Counted from the first letter of the stretch, positions 12,248-25,765 are shown. The stretch is DNA of 64,000 nucleotides from an uncultured Chloroflexia bacterium (GCA_963763775.1 CAVXPZ010000001.1:1472001-1536000), one strand, 5' to 3'. Notes: generated by a model not told the origin, from the sequence alone. Numbers and translations are program-made.

Positions 12248-12760
12248 CTACTCGGCGGCTCGCGGCTCCGTCGCCAGGCCCTCCACCACTTCGACGTTGG
12301 GCAGCGCCCGCAGGATCGCGGGCGTCGAGACCACCTTCCACGACCGCGACCCGCCGCCCAGCACGATGCGATCCCGCGCCATGACCCGCGAATCGACCCA
12401 GACGGGAAGGTCCGGCGGCAGGCCGAAGACGGTGACGCCGCCCATCTGCATGCCCGTGAGCGCGGCCGTGTCGTCGGCCGGGGCGAACGACGCCTTCCGC
12501 GTCCCGAGCCGGTCACGGACGACCCGGTTCACGTCGAGCCGGAACGGGGCGAGCGTCACGCACGCGGCGTATCGCGGCGGATCGGCCTTGCCGATCACGA
12601 CGATCGTGTTGGCCGAGTCCATCGGATCGAACCCGTACGCCTCGCAGAAGGCCGCCGTGTCGGCGAGGGCCGGATCGCACGGGAAGAGCTCGTACGGCAC
12701 GCCCAACGGGCGAGCGCCGCACTCCAGGCGGGCGCGACCGGCCGCATCGTGATCGTCCAT
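12248..12760 (-). CDS. YbaK/EbsC aminoacyl-tRNA deacylase family protein
   Basis: SANTIVV, RLDVN, KASFA, TGMQMGGVTVFG, GGGSR. Confidence 0.85.
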   Translation of the reverse strand: MDDHDAAGRARLECGARPLGVPYELFPCDPALADTAAFCEAYGFDPMDSANTIVVIGKADPPRYAACVTLAPFRLDVNRVVRDRLGTRKASFAPADDTAALTGMQMGGVTVFGLPPDLPVWVDSRVMARDRIVLGGGSRSWKVVSTPAILRALPNVEVVEGLATEPRAAE

Positions 12761-12793
12761 GGCGCGAAGGGTAGCCGCTACCATCGAGCGGCG

Positions 12794-14418
12794 ATGACCG
12801 ACCGGCCGCCCATCCAGCACCCGACCGTCCCGCCCGACATCGACGCCTACCTCACGAGGTTCGACTGGCACCCCGAACCCGAGCTGGTCGGCTATCGCGA
12901 GGAGGCGAGCGTCCCGCGAGTCCATGCATCGGCTCGGCGAGGCCACCTGGGCGGCGGCGCTGGACTTCCTGTACGAGCGGGCCACGGATCGGGCGATGGG
13001 CGACGCGGCGTCGTACGACGACCTTCGCCGGTCGTACTTCGGGCCGACCGGGGTCGCCGTCCACCGCCCCCGACGCTCCGACGCCCTCGGCCGACATCCT
13101 CGCGGAGTTCCGCGACCGGATCGCCGGCGGCCAGATGGCGGCGCAGCATCCGCGCCAGTTCGGCTACTTCACCCCGCCCCCGCTCCCGATGTCGATCATG
13201 GGCGAGCTGCTCGCCCAGATGACGAACCAGGGGGTCGACGTCTGGCATGCCGGCCCGGTCGCTGCCTTCGTCGAGGAGGAGGTCGTCCGCTGGCTGTGCG
13301 ACCTCATCGGCTTCGGTCCGGGCTCGTTCGGCCTGCTGACCTCGGGTGGCGTGATGGCCAACTTCATGGGCATGGCGATCGCCCGCGACCTCCATCTCGG
13401 GCGTCGGCGCGGGCTGGACCAGCCGCCGCGCGGCCGCGACCTCGAGGGGGCGCGTGTCTATGCCAGCGACCAGACGCATTTCTCCGTCGCGCGGGCCCTC
13501 GACCTCCTCGGCTTCCCGGCCGAGACCCTCGTCGTCGTCCCGTCGGATGCGGACTTCCGGCTCCGGGGCGACGCCGTCGCGCGGGCCGTGGAGCGTGACG
13601 AGGCCGCCGGTCTGACGCCGTTCGCGATCTCGGCCGTGGCCGGGTCGACGAACACGGGATCGGTCGACGCCGTGGGGGAACTGGCGGACGTCGCCGCGGC
13701 GAACGACCTGTGGCTCCACGTCGACGCGGCCTACGGCGGTGGCGCGAGGCTGTCGCGTCGCGACGCGAGCCGGGTGCCGGACCTCGAGCGCGCCGACTCG
13801 GTCACCGTGGACCCGCACAAGTGGTTCTTCCAGGCCTACGACATCGGCGGCCTGCTCGTCCGGGACGGCGATCACCTCGCGGCCACCTTCGGTGGACGGA
13901 GCCCGGAGTACTACCGGGGCGGCGAGTCGACCCCGGGCCATCACGCGGCCGACGATCACGACGCGCCGGCCCACGGCGACCAGCTGAACTTCTACCAGCT
14001 GGGTTTCGAGGGCACCCGTCGATGGCGCGCGCTCAAGCTCTGGATGTCGTGGAAGCACCTGGGCACCACCGGCTTCGGGCGCCTCATCGACGCCAACGAC
14101 GACCTGGCGGCCCACCTGGCACGGCGCTGCGCCGAGGCCGACGACTTCGAGGCCGTGCCGGCCGAGCCGACCCTGTCGGTCGTTTGCTTCCGCCACCTCC
14201 CCGGGGGGCGTGCAGCCGCACTCGCCATGCCTGCGGGCGACCTGGATGCCCACCAGGACCGACTCCAACGCGCGCTCGAGGTGTCCGGCGATGGGTGGCT
14301 GACGACGACACGCTTGCGCGGAGCGACCTACCTGCGGGCCGGGATCGTGAACTACCTCTCGACCGAGGACGACATCGACCGCCTGCTCGACACGCTTCGG
14401 CGGCTCGCGACGTCGTGA
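12794..14418 (+). CDS. Group II PLP-dependent decarboxylase (two frameshifts ~12910 and ~13060)
   Basis: HPRQFGY, TSGGVMAN, SDQTHFS, GSTNTGSVD, WLHVDAAYGG, DPHKW. Confidence 0.88.
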
Positions 14419-14421
14419 GGC

Positions 14422-14829
14422 TCAGCGCCGAGCGTGAAGCAGGACGCCAACGTGCTCCAGGAGCTTCCACGCGACCTCTGCGTCACCCTGGACGAACGCC
14501 CGGAAGTCCGTGAGCATCATGACGAGGCAGCGGAGGTCGGTCGCGGCCGTGACCGTGGCCGTGCGGACGCGGTCCCCGATGAGCGCGACCTCGCCGAAGT
14601 AGCTCCCGGGCCCGAGCCGCGCCTGCTCCACGCCGGCGATCGTGACGACCGCCTCGCCGTCCGCGACGATGAAGAACCCCATCGCGTGATCCTCGCCCTC
14701 GCGGATCACGGTCGCGCCGGCGGCGAAGTCGCGCTCGCGGAAGTCCCGGGCCAGGCGGGTCAGTTGCCCGCGATCGAACCCGGAGAACAGCGGCACCGTC
14801 GCCAGGACATCCGCGATGGCATCCGTCAT
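14422..14829 (-). CDS. Cyclic-nucleotide-binding domain protein
   Basis: VPLFS, VIREGE, FFIVADG, LGPGSYFGEVALI..RTATV. Confidence 0.9.
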   Translation of the reverse strand: MTDAIADVLATVPLFSGFDRGQLTRLARDFRERDFAAGATVIREGEDHAMGFFIVADGEAVVTIAGVEQARLGPGSYFGEVALIGDRVRTATVTAATDLRCLVMMLTDFRAFVQGDAEVAWKLLEHVGVLLHARR

Positions 14830-14945
14830 GGGATCTCGCTCCTTGTCTGGTACCCGACGTCGACGCCGGCTGACGGTCGGCACCCCGTCATGAGGCGCCG
14901 GTCGATGGGGATGACCGCGTGATCACGGTTCGGTCCGCGATGGTG

Positions 14946-16034
14946 TCACCGATCGCCCGTCGCTGACAAGGCGTCGGGGCGTGCGGTGGTGCTGTCGATC
15001 CGGACCGTCCGACCGTCCGCGGCCGCCTCCTCGGTCGCGAGGAGCACGTCGAGGACGTGGTAGGCGAAGGCGGCCGACGCACGTGCCGGCCGGTCATCGC
15101 GGATCGCCTCGATCATGTCGGCCAGGCCGATGCCACGACCGATGCTCCCGTCGAACCGGAGCGGGACGTCGGTCCACTCGCCGTCGATCGAGTGGCGACG
15201 GACGTGGCCGTCGAACCGATTCGGGTCGCCCAGCTCCAGCGAGCCGGCCGTCCCATGGATCTCGAGGTGCGGGGACGTGCTCGCGGCGACGTCGAACGAC
15301 GCCTGGAGCCCGCCGACCGCGCCCGACGCGAAGGTGTAGGCGGCGATCACCGTCGTGGGCGCGACGACCGGGAAGCCATCACCCGCACGCGGGCCCGTGG
15401 CGATGCGACGCTCCCCGCCGGCGCCGCGCGCGACCGCCGCGACGCTGGTGATCGGCCCGAGCAGGCTGACCAGCGCCGCGACGTAGTACGGCCCCACGTC
15501 CAGGAGCGGGCCACCGCCGCGCGCGTAGAAGAACGCCGGGTTGGGGTGCCAGCGCTCGGGGCCGAGGTGGAGCACCGCGGCGCTCGCGCCCGTCGGCTCG
15601 CCGATCGCGCCCTCGTCGAGGAGCGCTCGCGCCGTCTGGAGCCCGCCACCGAGGAACGTGTCCGGTGCCCCGCCGACCCGGACGCCCGCTGCGTCCGCCG
15701 CGGCCAGGATCGCCAGCGCGTCGTCGCGGGACGTCGCGAACGGCTTCTCGGTGTACACGTGCTTGCCGGCCTCGATCGCGCCGAGGGTGACCACCGCGTG
15801 CGCGATCGGCGGCGTCAGGTTGAGCACGACCTCGATGGACGGGTCGGCGAGCAACGCGTCGACGGGCATCGCCGGGAAGCCGCCCTTGGCGGACAACGCG
15901 GCGGCACGCCCCGCGTCGAGGTCCGCGCACGCGACCAGTTCGATGGCGGGGAACCGCGCCGTCCCGGGGAGATACAGGCCGGTGACGTCGCCGCAGCCGA
16001 CGATCCCGACGCGTGCGGGCCGCACCGCGGTCAC
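14946..16034 (-). CDS. Gfo/Idh/MocA oxidoreductase
   Basis: VGIVGCG, GKHVYTEKP, APDTFLGGG, GGGPLLDVGPYY. Confidence 0.9.
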   Translation of the reverse strand: MTAVRPARVGIVGCGDVTGLYLPGTARFPAIELVACADLDAGRAAALSAKGGFPAMPVDALLADPSIEVVLNLTPPIAHAVVTLGAIEAGKHVYTEKPFATSRDDALAILAAADAAGVRVGGAPDTFLGGGLQTARALLDEGAIGEPTGASAAVLHLGPERWHPNPAFFYARGGGPLLDVGPYYVAALVSLLGPITSVAAVARGAGGERRIATGPRAGDGFPVVAPTTVIAAYTFASGAVGGLQASFDVAASTSPHLEIHGTAGSLELGDPNRFDGHVRRHSIDGEWTDVPLRFDGSIGRGIGLADMIEAIRDDRPARASAAFAYHVLDVLLATEEAAADGRTVRIDSTTARPDALSATGDR

Positions 16035-16836
16035 GTGGCGCGACCTCGGGCGAGCCCGCGGGCGACCAGGTTGTCGTGGCTCTGCCGGGCGGCCGCCATC
16101 GGCGACCCGTCCACGTGATCGAATTCGACGATCAGCCACGCGATGCCGGGGAGGGCCTCGGCGGCGGCCACGGCCCCCGCCACGTCGACCACCCCGTCGC
16201 CGACCGGCACGTTCACGAACGCCTCGGCGCCGTACGCCCTGGTCGGCAGGACGACCCCGTCCTTGACGTGGAGCGAGACGAGCCGGTCGCCGAGCTCGGC
16301 GATCACCCGGGCCGGATCGGCACCGCCGACCGTGACCCAGAAGATGTCCAGCTGCAGGGCGACGGCCGGGTCGAGCCGGTCGAGCATCCGGCGGTACGCG
16401 GGGACCCCGTCGACCGGACGCATCTCGGCGTCATGGTTGTGGTGGGCCACGCGCAGCCCATGCTTCGCCGCGATCCGCGCGGCGGCGTTGAGCCGGTCCG
16501 CGTAGGCCTCCGTCGATGCCGCCGTCGCGAAGTCGTTCGCCGAGACGATGATCGACCGCGACCCCGAGCTCGGCCGCGGCGGCGGCGGCTCGGTCGAACG
16601 CGTCAGCGTCGCCGATGCTGGCCCAGGTGTGGGCGCTGGTCGCCGTCAGCCCGGCGTTCGCGAGCGCCCGCTCGCGCGGCCACCGGGTCCCCGCCGGGCA
16701 CGTCCACGGTCTCGACGCCGGCGTAGCCGATCGCCGCGATCGCCTCGAGCCCTTCGGGGTCGAGACCCAGGCCGGCGCCGCCGAACCGCGCGGGATCGCG
16801 GAACGTGTAGAGCTGGACGGCGAGGGGTTTGGGCAT
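16031..16836 (-). CDS. Sugar phosphate isomerase/epimerase (xylose-isomerase-like TIM barrel), frameshifted
   Basis: LAVQLYTFR, HHNHDAE, LDIFW, SLHVKDG, WLIVEFD across ORFs 16603..16836 and 16031..16450. Confidence 0.8.
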
Positions 16837-16837
16837 G

Positions 16838-18175
16838 TCAGTCCGCCGGACCGGCCGGCGCGGATCCGCGCGACCGTGCGGCGAGGCGATCCCGAAGCCG
16901 GTACCACTCCCCGGCCACCGGCATGAACCACGGCCGACCCTCGTACGGGGCCGGCACCAGCGGGAACTTGAGGCGCGCGATGGCCGGCGCCTCGCCGCCG
17001 GCCATCCAGGCGCCCATCTGCGTCCCGAGGTTCGTCATCAGCGCCACGCCCGTCCCGCAGCATCCGAGCGCGAAGGCGATCCCGTCCTTGGTCCGGCCGG
17101 CGTGCGGCATCCGGTCGAAGGTGAACCCGACGTTCCCGCCCCAGGCATAGTCGATCCGATAGCCGGCGAGCTGCGGGTGCACCTCGAGGAGCCCCTTGTG
17201 CAGGATCGCGGCGGAGCGGTCGATGTTCGTCGGGAGGAAGCTCGCCCGGCCGCCGAAGATCATCCGGCCGTCGGCGGACACGTGCCAGTAGTACAGGAAG
17301 TTCTTCGTGTCGAAGAACGCTCGGCCCTTCGGGGAGAGCTCGTGCACGAGATCCGGGGGCAGCGGCTCGCTCGCGATGATGTAGCTCCCGATCGGGATCA
17401 CGCGTCGCCGGAGGCTCGGGGCCACCGCATCCGTATAGCCGTTCGTCGCGACGAAGACGTCACGGGCCAGGATGGCGCCGCGCTCGGTCTCGACGACGAA
17501 CCGCCCGTCGCCCTGTCGGCGGATCGTGCGGGCGCGCACACCCTCGTGAAGGTCCGCCCCGGCGCGGTCGGCGGCGGCCGCGAGCCCCGCGAAGTACCGT
17601 CCCGGGTGCAGGAGCCCGCTGCCTTCCACGGCGAGCGCCCCGAAGTAGGCGTCCGTCCCGATCTCCTCGCGGATCCGCTCGCGTGGCACGACCGTCGACG
17701 TGACGCCGACCGTCGCGAGGCTGTCGCGGGCGTGGGCGAGCTCCGGGACGTGCGATGGCGCGTAGGCGAGCTCGAGGTGCCCCACCTCGCGGAAGTCGCA
17801 GTCGATGGCCTCCTCCGCGATGAGGCGCTTGACCAGGTCGTAGGAGTCGAGCGTCTCGCGATACAGGGCGCGGCCGGTCTCGGCCCCGTACCGATCGAGG
17901 AGCTCGGTCGGTCCCCACTTGTAGCCGGCGTGGACGATGCCCCCGTTCCGCGTCGACGCACCCCAACCGAGCGTGTTCGCTTCGAGGAGCGTGACGGCGA
18001 CCCCGCGGCGAGCGAGCTCGCGGGCCGCGTTGATCCCGGCGTAGCCACCACCGACGACCACCACGTCCGCGGTGTCGGGCAGGGCTCGGCCGGACCGGTC
18101 GGGCAGCGCCGGCATCGTGGCCTGCCAGTACGCTCGGCGCTCGTAGTCGCGGTTCAGTGACGGGGCTGACGCCAT
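16838..18175 (-). CDS. FAD-dependent oxidoreductase (DAO/PuuB-like)
   Basis: DVVVVGGGYAG, GWGASTRNGG, LHPGRY, ATNGY, WGGNVGFT. Confidence 0.87.
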   Translation of the reverse strand: MASAPSLNRDYERRAYWQATMPALPDRSGRALPDTADVVVVGGGYAGINAARELARRGVAVTLLEANTLGWGASTRNGGIVHAGYKWGPTELLDRYGAETGRALYRETLDSYDLVKRLIAEEAIDCDFREVGHLELAYAPSHVPELAHARDSLATVGVTSTVVPRERIREEIGTDAYFGALAVEGSGLLHPGRYFAGLAAAADRAGADLHEGVRARTIRRQGDGRFVVETERGAILARDVFVATNGYTDAVAPSLRRRVIPIGSYIIASEPLPPDLVHELSPKGRAFFDTKNFLYYWHVSADGRMIFGGRASFLPTNIDRSAAILHKGLLEVHPQLAGYRIDYAWGGNVGFTFDRMPHAGRTKDGIAFALGCCGTGVALMTNLGTQMGAWMAGGEAPAIARLKFPLVPAPYEGRPWFMPVAGEWYRLRDRLAARSRGSAPAGPAD

Positions 18176-18207
18176 GCCCGCGAGCGTAGCGGAGCGCGAG
18201 GCCGCTC

Positions 18208-19332
18208 GTGGCGTCCGACGGACCGCGGTACCCTGTCGGCGGGACGATCACGGCACCGCGAGGCCGATCCGTGCTCTTCGAGCCGACACCCATCGAGACA
18301 CCCGGTTCCGGCGGCTGGCGCCGGCTGGCGGCCGTCGCCCTGCCCGTCGCGATCCTGGTCGCGGTCGTCGGCGCGAGCGTGGTCGCGAACGGTCCGGACC
18401 GTGCCACGACACCGGACCTGGCCGATGCGTCGCCGGCAGCCATCGCCCGGGCCGGCGAGGCCTCCGCGCCGGCACCGTCCGCGTCGCCGGGACGGCCGGC
18501 GTCGGCGGCGACCGCGGTCCGGTATCCATCCGCCACGTACGGGCTCCCGGTGCGAGGCGTCGGCGCAACGCTCGACCGGATCGACGGCGGCCTGGCGCTC
18601 GCGACCGACCTCGTCGCGGTCCGCGGCTGGCTGACCATCCGCCCGGACGGATCCGCCTGTGCGTCGAGCTTCGGACCGCCTGCCCTCGAGGACGAGCTCT
18701 GCCGGGAGACCGGCGTTCTGCGCGACGACCCGACGCCGGTCTTCGAGTGGGCCGGCACGGGCGTGCAGCGCACGTCCGCCAGCGGCCCCGAGCTCGACCC
18801 GCTGATCCCGCCCGGGGTCGCGCGCTGGGGCATCGACGTGAACAAGGTCGCCCCGAATGGCGACGGCGACCTCGCCGGCCCGATCGTGCCGATCCCGGTC
18901 GTGCTCGTCGGCCGGTACTCGGTCCCGCGGCTGGCGGCGTGCCTTACCGAGCCGGGCTGCGGGCTCCAGTTCACCACCGAACGGATCGTCTGGGTCGACG
19001 GCTCGTGGCAGACCCAGCCGGTCGTGCAGGCCGTGGCCCCGGAGCGGACCGGCCTGGATGTCGCGGGGAGCCGGCAGATCGCCCTCGATGCGTTCCCCGG
19101 TCCGACCATCCTGCTCAGCCAGGCGCTCGTCCCGGGCTCGATGCTCGGGCGCCTCGACCCGGATGCGGCGGCGGCCATGCTCGGCACGCAGGCATCCCGG
19201 GTGTCGGTCCGGGTCTGGTACCTGCGCGTCATGAGCCCGGCCGCGACCGGGCCGGGCATGAGCCCCGCCATCGGCTGGATCGCCATCGATGACGCGACCG
19301 GCCGGATCCTCGGGCGGCGCGACGCGGCCTGA
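18208..19332 (+). CDS. Membrane-anchored hypothetical protein
   Basis: Single TM near the N-terminus, Pro/Ala linker, paired cysteines; fills the gap between convergent genes. Confidence 0.55.
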   Translation: MASDGPRYPVGGTITAPRGRSVLFEPTPIETPGSGGWRRLAAVALPVAILVAVVGASVVANGPDRATTPDLADASPAAIARAGEASAPAPSASPGRPASAATAVRYPSATYGLPVRGVGATLDRIDGGLALATDLVAVRGWLTIRPDGSACASSFGPPALEDELCRETGVLRDDPTPVFEWAGTGVQRTSASGPELDPLIPPGVARWGIDVNKVAPNGDGDLAGPIVPIPVVLVGRYSVPRLAACLTEPGCGLQFTTERIVWVDGSWQTQPVVQAVAPERTGLDVAGSRQIALDAFPGPTILLSQALVPGSMLGRLDPDAAAAMLGTQASRVSVRVWYLRVMSPAATGPGMSPAIGWIAIDDATGRILGRRDAA

Positions 19333-19375
19333 CGGCGGCCGCCGGGCACGCCCGCCCGACCTCGAAAAGCGACGG

Positions 19376-20752
19376 TCAGGCGTCCGGCGCCTCGTAGGCG
19401 AGGCGGCCGTCGGCCAGCGTCAGCACGACCCGACCCGGCAGCGACATCCCGAGCAACGGCGAGTTCTTGCCGCGCGACGCCAGCGATCCGGGAAGCACGG
19501 TCCAGGGCTCGGAGCGGTCGAAGACGACCAGGTCGGCGGGTGCGCCTTCGACGAGCCCGACGGCCGAGCGCCGGCGCGTGCGGTCACCGAGGATCGCCGC
19601 CGGACCGGTGGTGAGGGCCGCGATCGCCGTCGCCAACGGCAGGCACCCCGCGTCCACGGCGGCGAGCAGGAGGCCGAGCGCCGTCTCGATGCCGCTGATC
19701 CCATTGGCCGCCAGCCCGAACTCGACGTGCTTGTCGACCTCCGTGTGCGGGGCGTGGTCCGTGGCGACCGCATCCGCGGTGCCATCCGCGAGCGGCGGCG
19801 AGGACCGCCGCCGCGTCTGCTGCCGACCGGAGCGGCGGGTTGACGCGCAGCGACGGATCGAACGGCGGCGCCACGATCCCGCCATCGGCCCACGGGTCGT
19901 CGTCCGCGTCCCAGGCATAGCGACGCCCACCGGCGATCCACGCGTCGGTCAGGGCGAGGTGGTGCGGCGTCACGTCGCAGGTGACCGGGAGACCGGCCGC
20001 CTTCGCCCGCCGCACCTGCGCCAGGGCTCCCGCGGTCGACACGTGGGTCAGGTGCAACCGGGCGCCCGGGACATCCCGGGCGACATCCGCGAGCAGCGCC
20101 AGGTCGCGGGCGACGGCCGCCTCCTCGGCCGCCGCGGGCCAGCCGCGAAGCCCGAGGACGGTCGCCACGAACCCGTCGTTCGCTTCCGCGCCCACCGTCA
20201 GCGACCCGTCCTCCGGGTGGTCCACGATCGGCAGCCCCAGCGCGCCGGCGTAGGCGAGCGCCGAACGCAGGATCGCCGCCGAGGCCACCGGCGACCCGTC
20301 GTCGCTGAACCCGACGACACCCGCGTCCGCGAGCTCGCCGAGCGCGGCGAGCGTCTCGCCGCGTCGTCCGACGGTCACCGCGCCATGCACGAGGAGCTCG
20401 ACCGGGGAGCCCGACGCGGCGCCCGCGGCCCGTACCGCGGCCAGCACCCCGGGCTCGTCGATCGCCGGGGTCGTGTTCGGCATCGCGCATACGGTCGTGA
20501 ACCCGCCGTGGGCGGCCGCAGCCAGCCCCGTCGCCACCGTCTCGGCGTCCTCGTTGCCGGGCTCGCGCAGGTGCGCGTGCAGGTCGATGAAGCCAGGGGC
20601 GACGACGACGCCGTTCGCGTCGACATCGTCGGCTTCCGCGCCGGACAGCCAGGTGACCGCCTCGAGGATCCCGCCGCGGACGACGATCTCGCCCGGCCCC
20701 TCGCGAGCGGCCGCCGGGTCGACCAGCCAGGCGCGGCTGATCTCGAGGTCGA

Positions 20753-20756
<4 letters not shown>
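19376..20756 (-). CDS. pyrC: Dihydroorotase (frameshift ~19795)
   Basis: PGFIDLHAHLREPG, MPNT, FSDDG, HVST, DVTPHHL, VNPPLR, ATDHAPH. Confidence 0.92.
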
Positions 20757-22426
<1,670 letters not shown>

Positions 22427-22480
22427 TAGCCGAAGGGTCGGGAGAAGGATACGCCGTCGGCGGGACCGGTGGACCCGCGC

Positions 22481-23038
22481 TCAGTAGACGTAGACGGTCA
22501 CCTGGGTCGTTCCGGACCAGGAGGCGCAGCCGCAGATCTTGAAGAAGTCCTGCTTGTCGAGGTCGATGATCCGGCTCGGCGTCTGCGGTCCGTAGTCCGT
22601 GATGATGCGCTCGAGGCAGCCCGCGCCGCCGCACACGATCACGGTGGTGCCGCGTGGCAGACGCATGGCCGTCAACCCCTCGTTGTAGAACGTGGCCGTC
22701 CCGGTCAGGTGGTACCTGGCCGGCTTCCGCGACGAGCCGGCGCTGCCGTCCGGCTGGTCCACCTTGGCCCGATGGCCCTTGGCGGTCTTGGGGGGCGTCC
22801 CGGGCTCGATGAAGACGTCATCCGCGGTCACGGCGCCCTCGGCGCGCTGGGCATCGTCGAGCCCGTCGACGGCGCCTGCCGATCGAACCGGATCCGCGAT
22901 GTCACGCGTAGGCTGGAACGCACCGACCGGGACCGGTTCGATGGGATGGGGAGCCCGCGAACCAGCCAGACCCGGGAGTGCGACCAGGGCGAGGGTGGCA
23001 GTGAGGGCACACCCTACGACCATCGTCCTGGGCCGCAT
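22481..23038 (-). CDS. Secreted RlpA-like double-psi beta-barrel protein
   Basis: Signal peptide; GTATFY, AMRLPRGT, ITDYGP...RIIDL..F. Confidence 0.75.
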   Translation of the reverse strand: MRPRTMVVGCALTATLALVALPGLAGSRAPHPIEPVPVGAFQPTRDIADPVRSAGAVDGLDDAQRAEGAVTADDVFIEPGTPPKTAKGHRAKVDQPDGSAGSSRKPARYHLTGTATFYNEGLTAMRLPRGTTVIVCGGAGCLERIITDYGPQTPSRIIDLDKQDFFKICGCASWSGTTQVTVYVY

Positions 23039-23201
23039 TGGGACGAGGAATCTACGCCGGATCGCCGTCGAGCGCCAGATGGTTTCGCGGACGGCCGCCC
23101 GGCGGCCCGGTCGCCGACCGCCCGTCGGGCGTCTGGCGGGGCGCGTACCCTTGTCCGGCGCGCTGACATCGCACCTCGACCGCACGAAAGGAGCCCGCCC
23201 C

Positions 23202-23890
23202 GTGGGCCTCAGCGACAACCTCATCGCGAACGAGCAGATCGTCTTCGAGAGCGAGAAACACTGGATCGCGCCGCTGCGCGACTCGCTCGTCCCGATCCTG
23301 CTCCTCCTCGGGGCGTACTTCCTCGGCTGGCTCGCACCCGACAGCAAGAGTGGGATCGCCGGGGCGTTCGGGAACCTGCTGGACCTGATCCGCAACGGCC
23401 TGCTGATCGTCGCGGTGGTCTGGATCGGCTACAACATCATCGTGTGGCGGACGGCCAAGTTCGCCGTCACCAACCTGCGCGTCATCCGCGAGGAGGGGTT
23501 CATCTCCAAGCGCCAGTCCGCGACGCTCCTCGCCAACGTCACGGACGTGAAGACCCGGGTCCCGTTCCTGGGAGGTCCGCTCCATTTCGGCGATCTGACG
23601 ATCTTCACGCAGTCGGGCAACGCCGGGGCGGACCGCTTCACGACGATCACCAAGCCGATCGACTTCCGGGACAAGATCATGGACAAGAAGATGGCCGATG
23701 CCGGCAGCCGCCGCTGCGACCGCCGCAGGCCCCGACGGCTCCTGCCGCCCCGACCGCGGCCAGCGCTGCGACGCAGCAGGCCAACGCCGATGCGGCCACG
23801 CTCGCCCGGCTCGCCGAGCTGCGCGACAGCGGCGCGATCACGGCCGCGGACTACGAAGCCAAGAAGACGGAGATCCTCGCCCGGATGTAG
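23202..23890 (+). CDS. Bacterial PH-domain membrane protein with C-terminal SHOCT (frameshift ~23715)
   Basis: Two TMs, FAVTNLRVIREEGFIS, FGDLTI; LARLAELRDSGAITAADYEAKKTEIL. Confidence 0.8.
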
Positions 23891-23908
23891 CCCGGACGGC
23901 GCCGGGCG

Positions 23909-25765
23909 CTAGCGAACGACGACGACGTCCTCGCCGGGCACGCTCTCCACGCCGCCGAGACTGTCACCGGACCAGGCCACGACCTGGACCTTGCTGCCTT
24001 CGGCGTCCTGCCCGTGCGGCGTGACCCACGCCAACCGTCCATCGCCGATGGAGAAGCCCGGCAGGGCCGGGACCTCCGTCGGCGCGCCCTTCGGTCGTTC
24101 GAGGGTGCCGCTGCCGCGGTCCAGCCGGAACAGCGAGAGCCGGCCGATCGCCGGGTCCGCCGGCTCCGCGGTCCAGATCGCGAGCCATTGGCCGCTCTCG
24201 TCCCATCGGGCGTCGAAGTCCGCGATCTCGCCGTCCATGCCCGCGATCTTCGACCGCGTCGCCGCGCTCGTGGCGTCCGGCTGCCAGCTGGTCAGGATGA
24301 GTTCGCCCTGGTCGGGGAGCAGCCGCGTCGCGCCGTCGGCCGTGGCGACCGAGCCGGTCCACGCCACGGCGAACCGGTCGGTCGGGTCGACCACCGGGCG
24401 CCACAGGTCGATCGGATCGCCGATCGCCTTGCCACCCTTCGGGTCAAGGATGAAGCTGCGTGCGACCGTCGCATCCGCCGCGGCCGGGTCGGCCTCCAGC
24501 CGGCTGCCGACCACCCGATCCCCGGACCACGACGCGAAGACGCTGGCCCCATCGGTCGTCAGGCGGCGCGCGGCATCGTCGCCCATGCGCCAGACGTAGA
24601 TGTCCGGGCCGCCGCTCGAGTCAGCCGGCTTGGCGGTGAAGGCGAACCACTCGCCGTCCGCGGAGAACGCGGCTGACTGGCCCACGACCGTCACGCCGGT
24701 GGCGATCGCGATGGCCGTCGCGGTGGCCTGGGGCGTGGCCGCGGTGGTGGGCTCGGGCGTCGGGCTCGGCGTCGCCGCGGCGGTCTCGGCCGGCGTGGGC
24801 TCGGGGGTCGCGGTCTCCGGGCTCGCGGACGGCTCGGTGGACTCGGTCGGGCTCCCCGAGGGCTGGGGCGAGGCCGGCTCGGTGGGGGACGACGCGGGCG
24901 ACGCCGAGGGCGTCGCCGCCGCGGTCTCGGTCGGCGTGGGCGCCGGCGTGGCGGTGGTGCCGCTGTCGCTCGGGGAGGCCGTCGGCGTCGCCGTGGGGGC
25001 GGTCGCCCGGATCTTGGCCGGGAGCGACATCACGTAGATCTTGTCAGCGCCCGATCCATCGGATCCGACGACGACTGCTCGGTCGTCCGTCGGCGAGCCG
25101 AAGACGGTCTTCGGGGTCGCCGTGAGATCGACGGCCTTGGCGGCGCGCTCGTCGAGCGTGGCGCAACCCGGCTTGTCGCCGGCCGGGCAGACCTGCTGCA
25201 CGGCGTTGTCGTTGTAGGCGTACTTGCCGTCGCCGACCGAGCGGAACCAGCTGACCGAGTCGGCGACCACGTTCATCGGGGTCGCCCCCGGGAAGGCGCT
25301 CGCCAGGGCGATGTCGGGACTCGCCGCGGGTGCCGTGCTGGCGGTCCCGACCGCCGGCTGATCCAGCCAGCCGCCCGACAGGGCCGTGGCGCCGACGACG
25401 ATGACGACGATCGCGATCCCGGACATCGCACCGATCGGGAGCCGCGGACGACCCGTAGCGGTCCGGCGCCGCGCCCGCGGGCCGTGATGGGCCGCCTCGC
25501 GCTCGATGCCGGCCGCCGTTCGCGCCCAGAGGTCGCGCGGCGGCTCGATCGGGACGTCCCGAAGCGAGCGGAGCGCCAGCCGGTCCGTCTCGTAGGCCGC
25601 AGCCACCGAGCGACAGGCGGCACACTCCTCGAGATGGGCGTCGAGCCACGCCGCTTCGTCTGCATCGAGCGGCGAATCGAGCTGCTCCGCGGCGCGGGCG
25701 CGGGCGCGTTCGTGGGGCGACGACCAGCCGTCGGGCCGTCGCGGCACCCGCCAGGATCCGGTCAT
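23909..25765 (-). CDS. Zf-HC2 anti-sigma factor with TM, Pro/Thr linker and beta-propeller-like extracellular domain
   Basis: AHLEECAAC zinc motif, TM, AFSADGEWFAF; overlaps the sigma gene stop. Confidence 0.8.
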   Translation of the reverse strand: MTGSWRVPRRPDGWSSPHERARARAAEQLDSPLDADEAAWLDAHLEECAACRSVAAAYETDRLALRSLRDVPIEPPRDLWARTAAGIEREAAHHGPRARRRTATGRPRLPIGAMSGIAIVVIVVGATALSGGWLDQPAVGTASTAPAASPDIALASAFPGATPMNVVADSVSWFRSVGDGKYAYNDNAVQQVCPAGDKPGCATLDERAAKAVDLTATPKTVFGSPTDDRAVVVGSDGSGADKIYVMSLPAKIRATAPTATPTASPSDSGTTATPAPTPTETAAATPSASPASSPTEPASPQPSGSPTESTEPSASPETATPEPTPAETAAATPSPTPEPTTAATPQATATAIAIATGVTVVGQSAAFSADGEWFAFTAKPADSSGGPDIYVWRMGDDAARRLTTDGASVFASWSGDRVVGSRLEADPAAADATVARSFILDPKGGKAIGDPIDLWRPVVDPTDRFAVAWTGSVATADGATRLLPDQGELILTSWQPDATSAATRSKIAGMDGEIADFDARWDESGQWLAIWTAEPADPAIGRLSLFRLDRGSGTLERPKGAPTEVPALPGFSIGDGRLAWVTPHGQDAEGSKVQVVAWSGDSLGGVESVPGEDVVVVR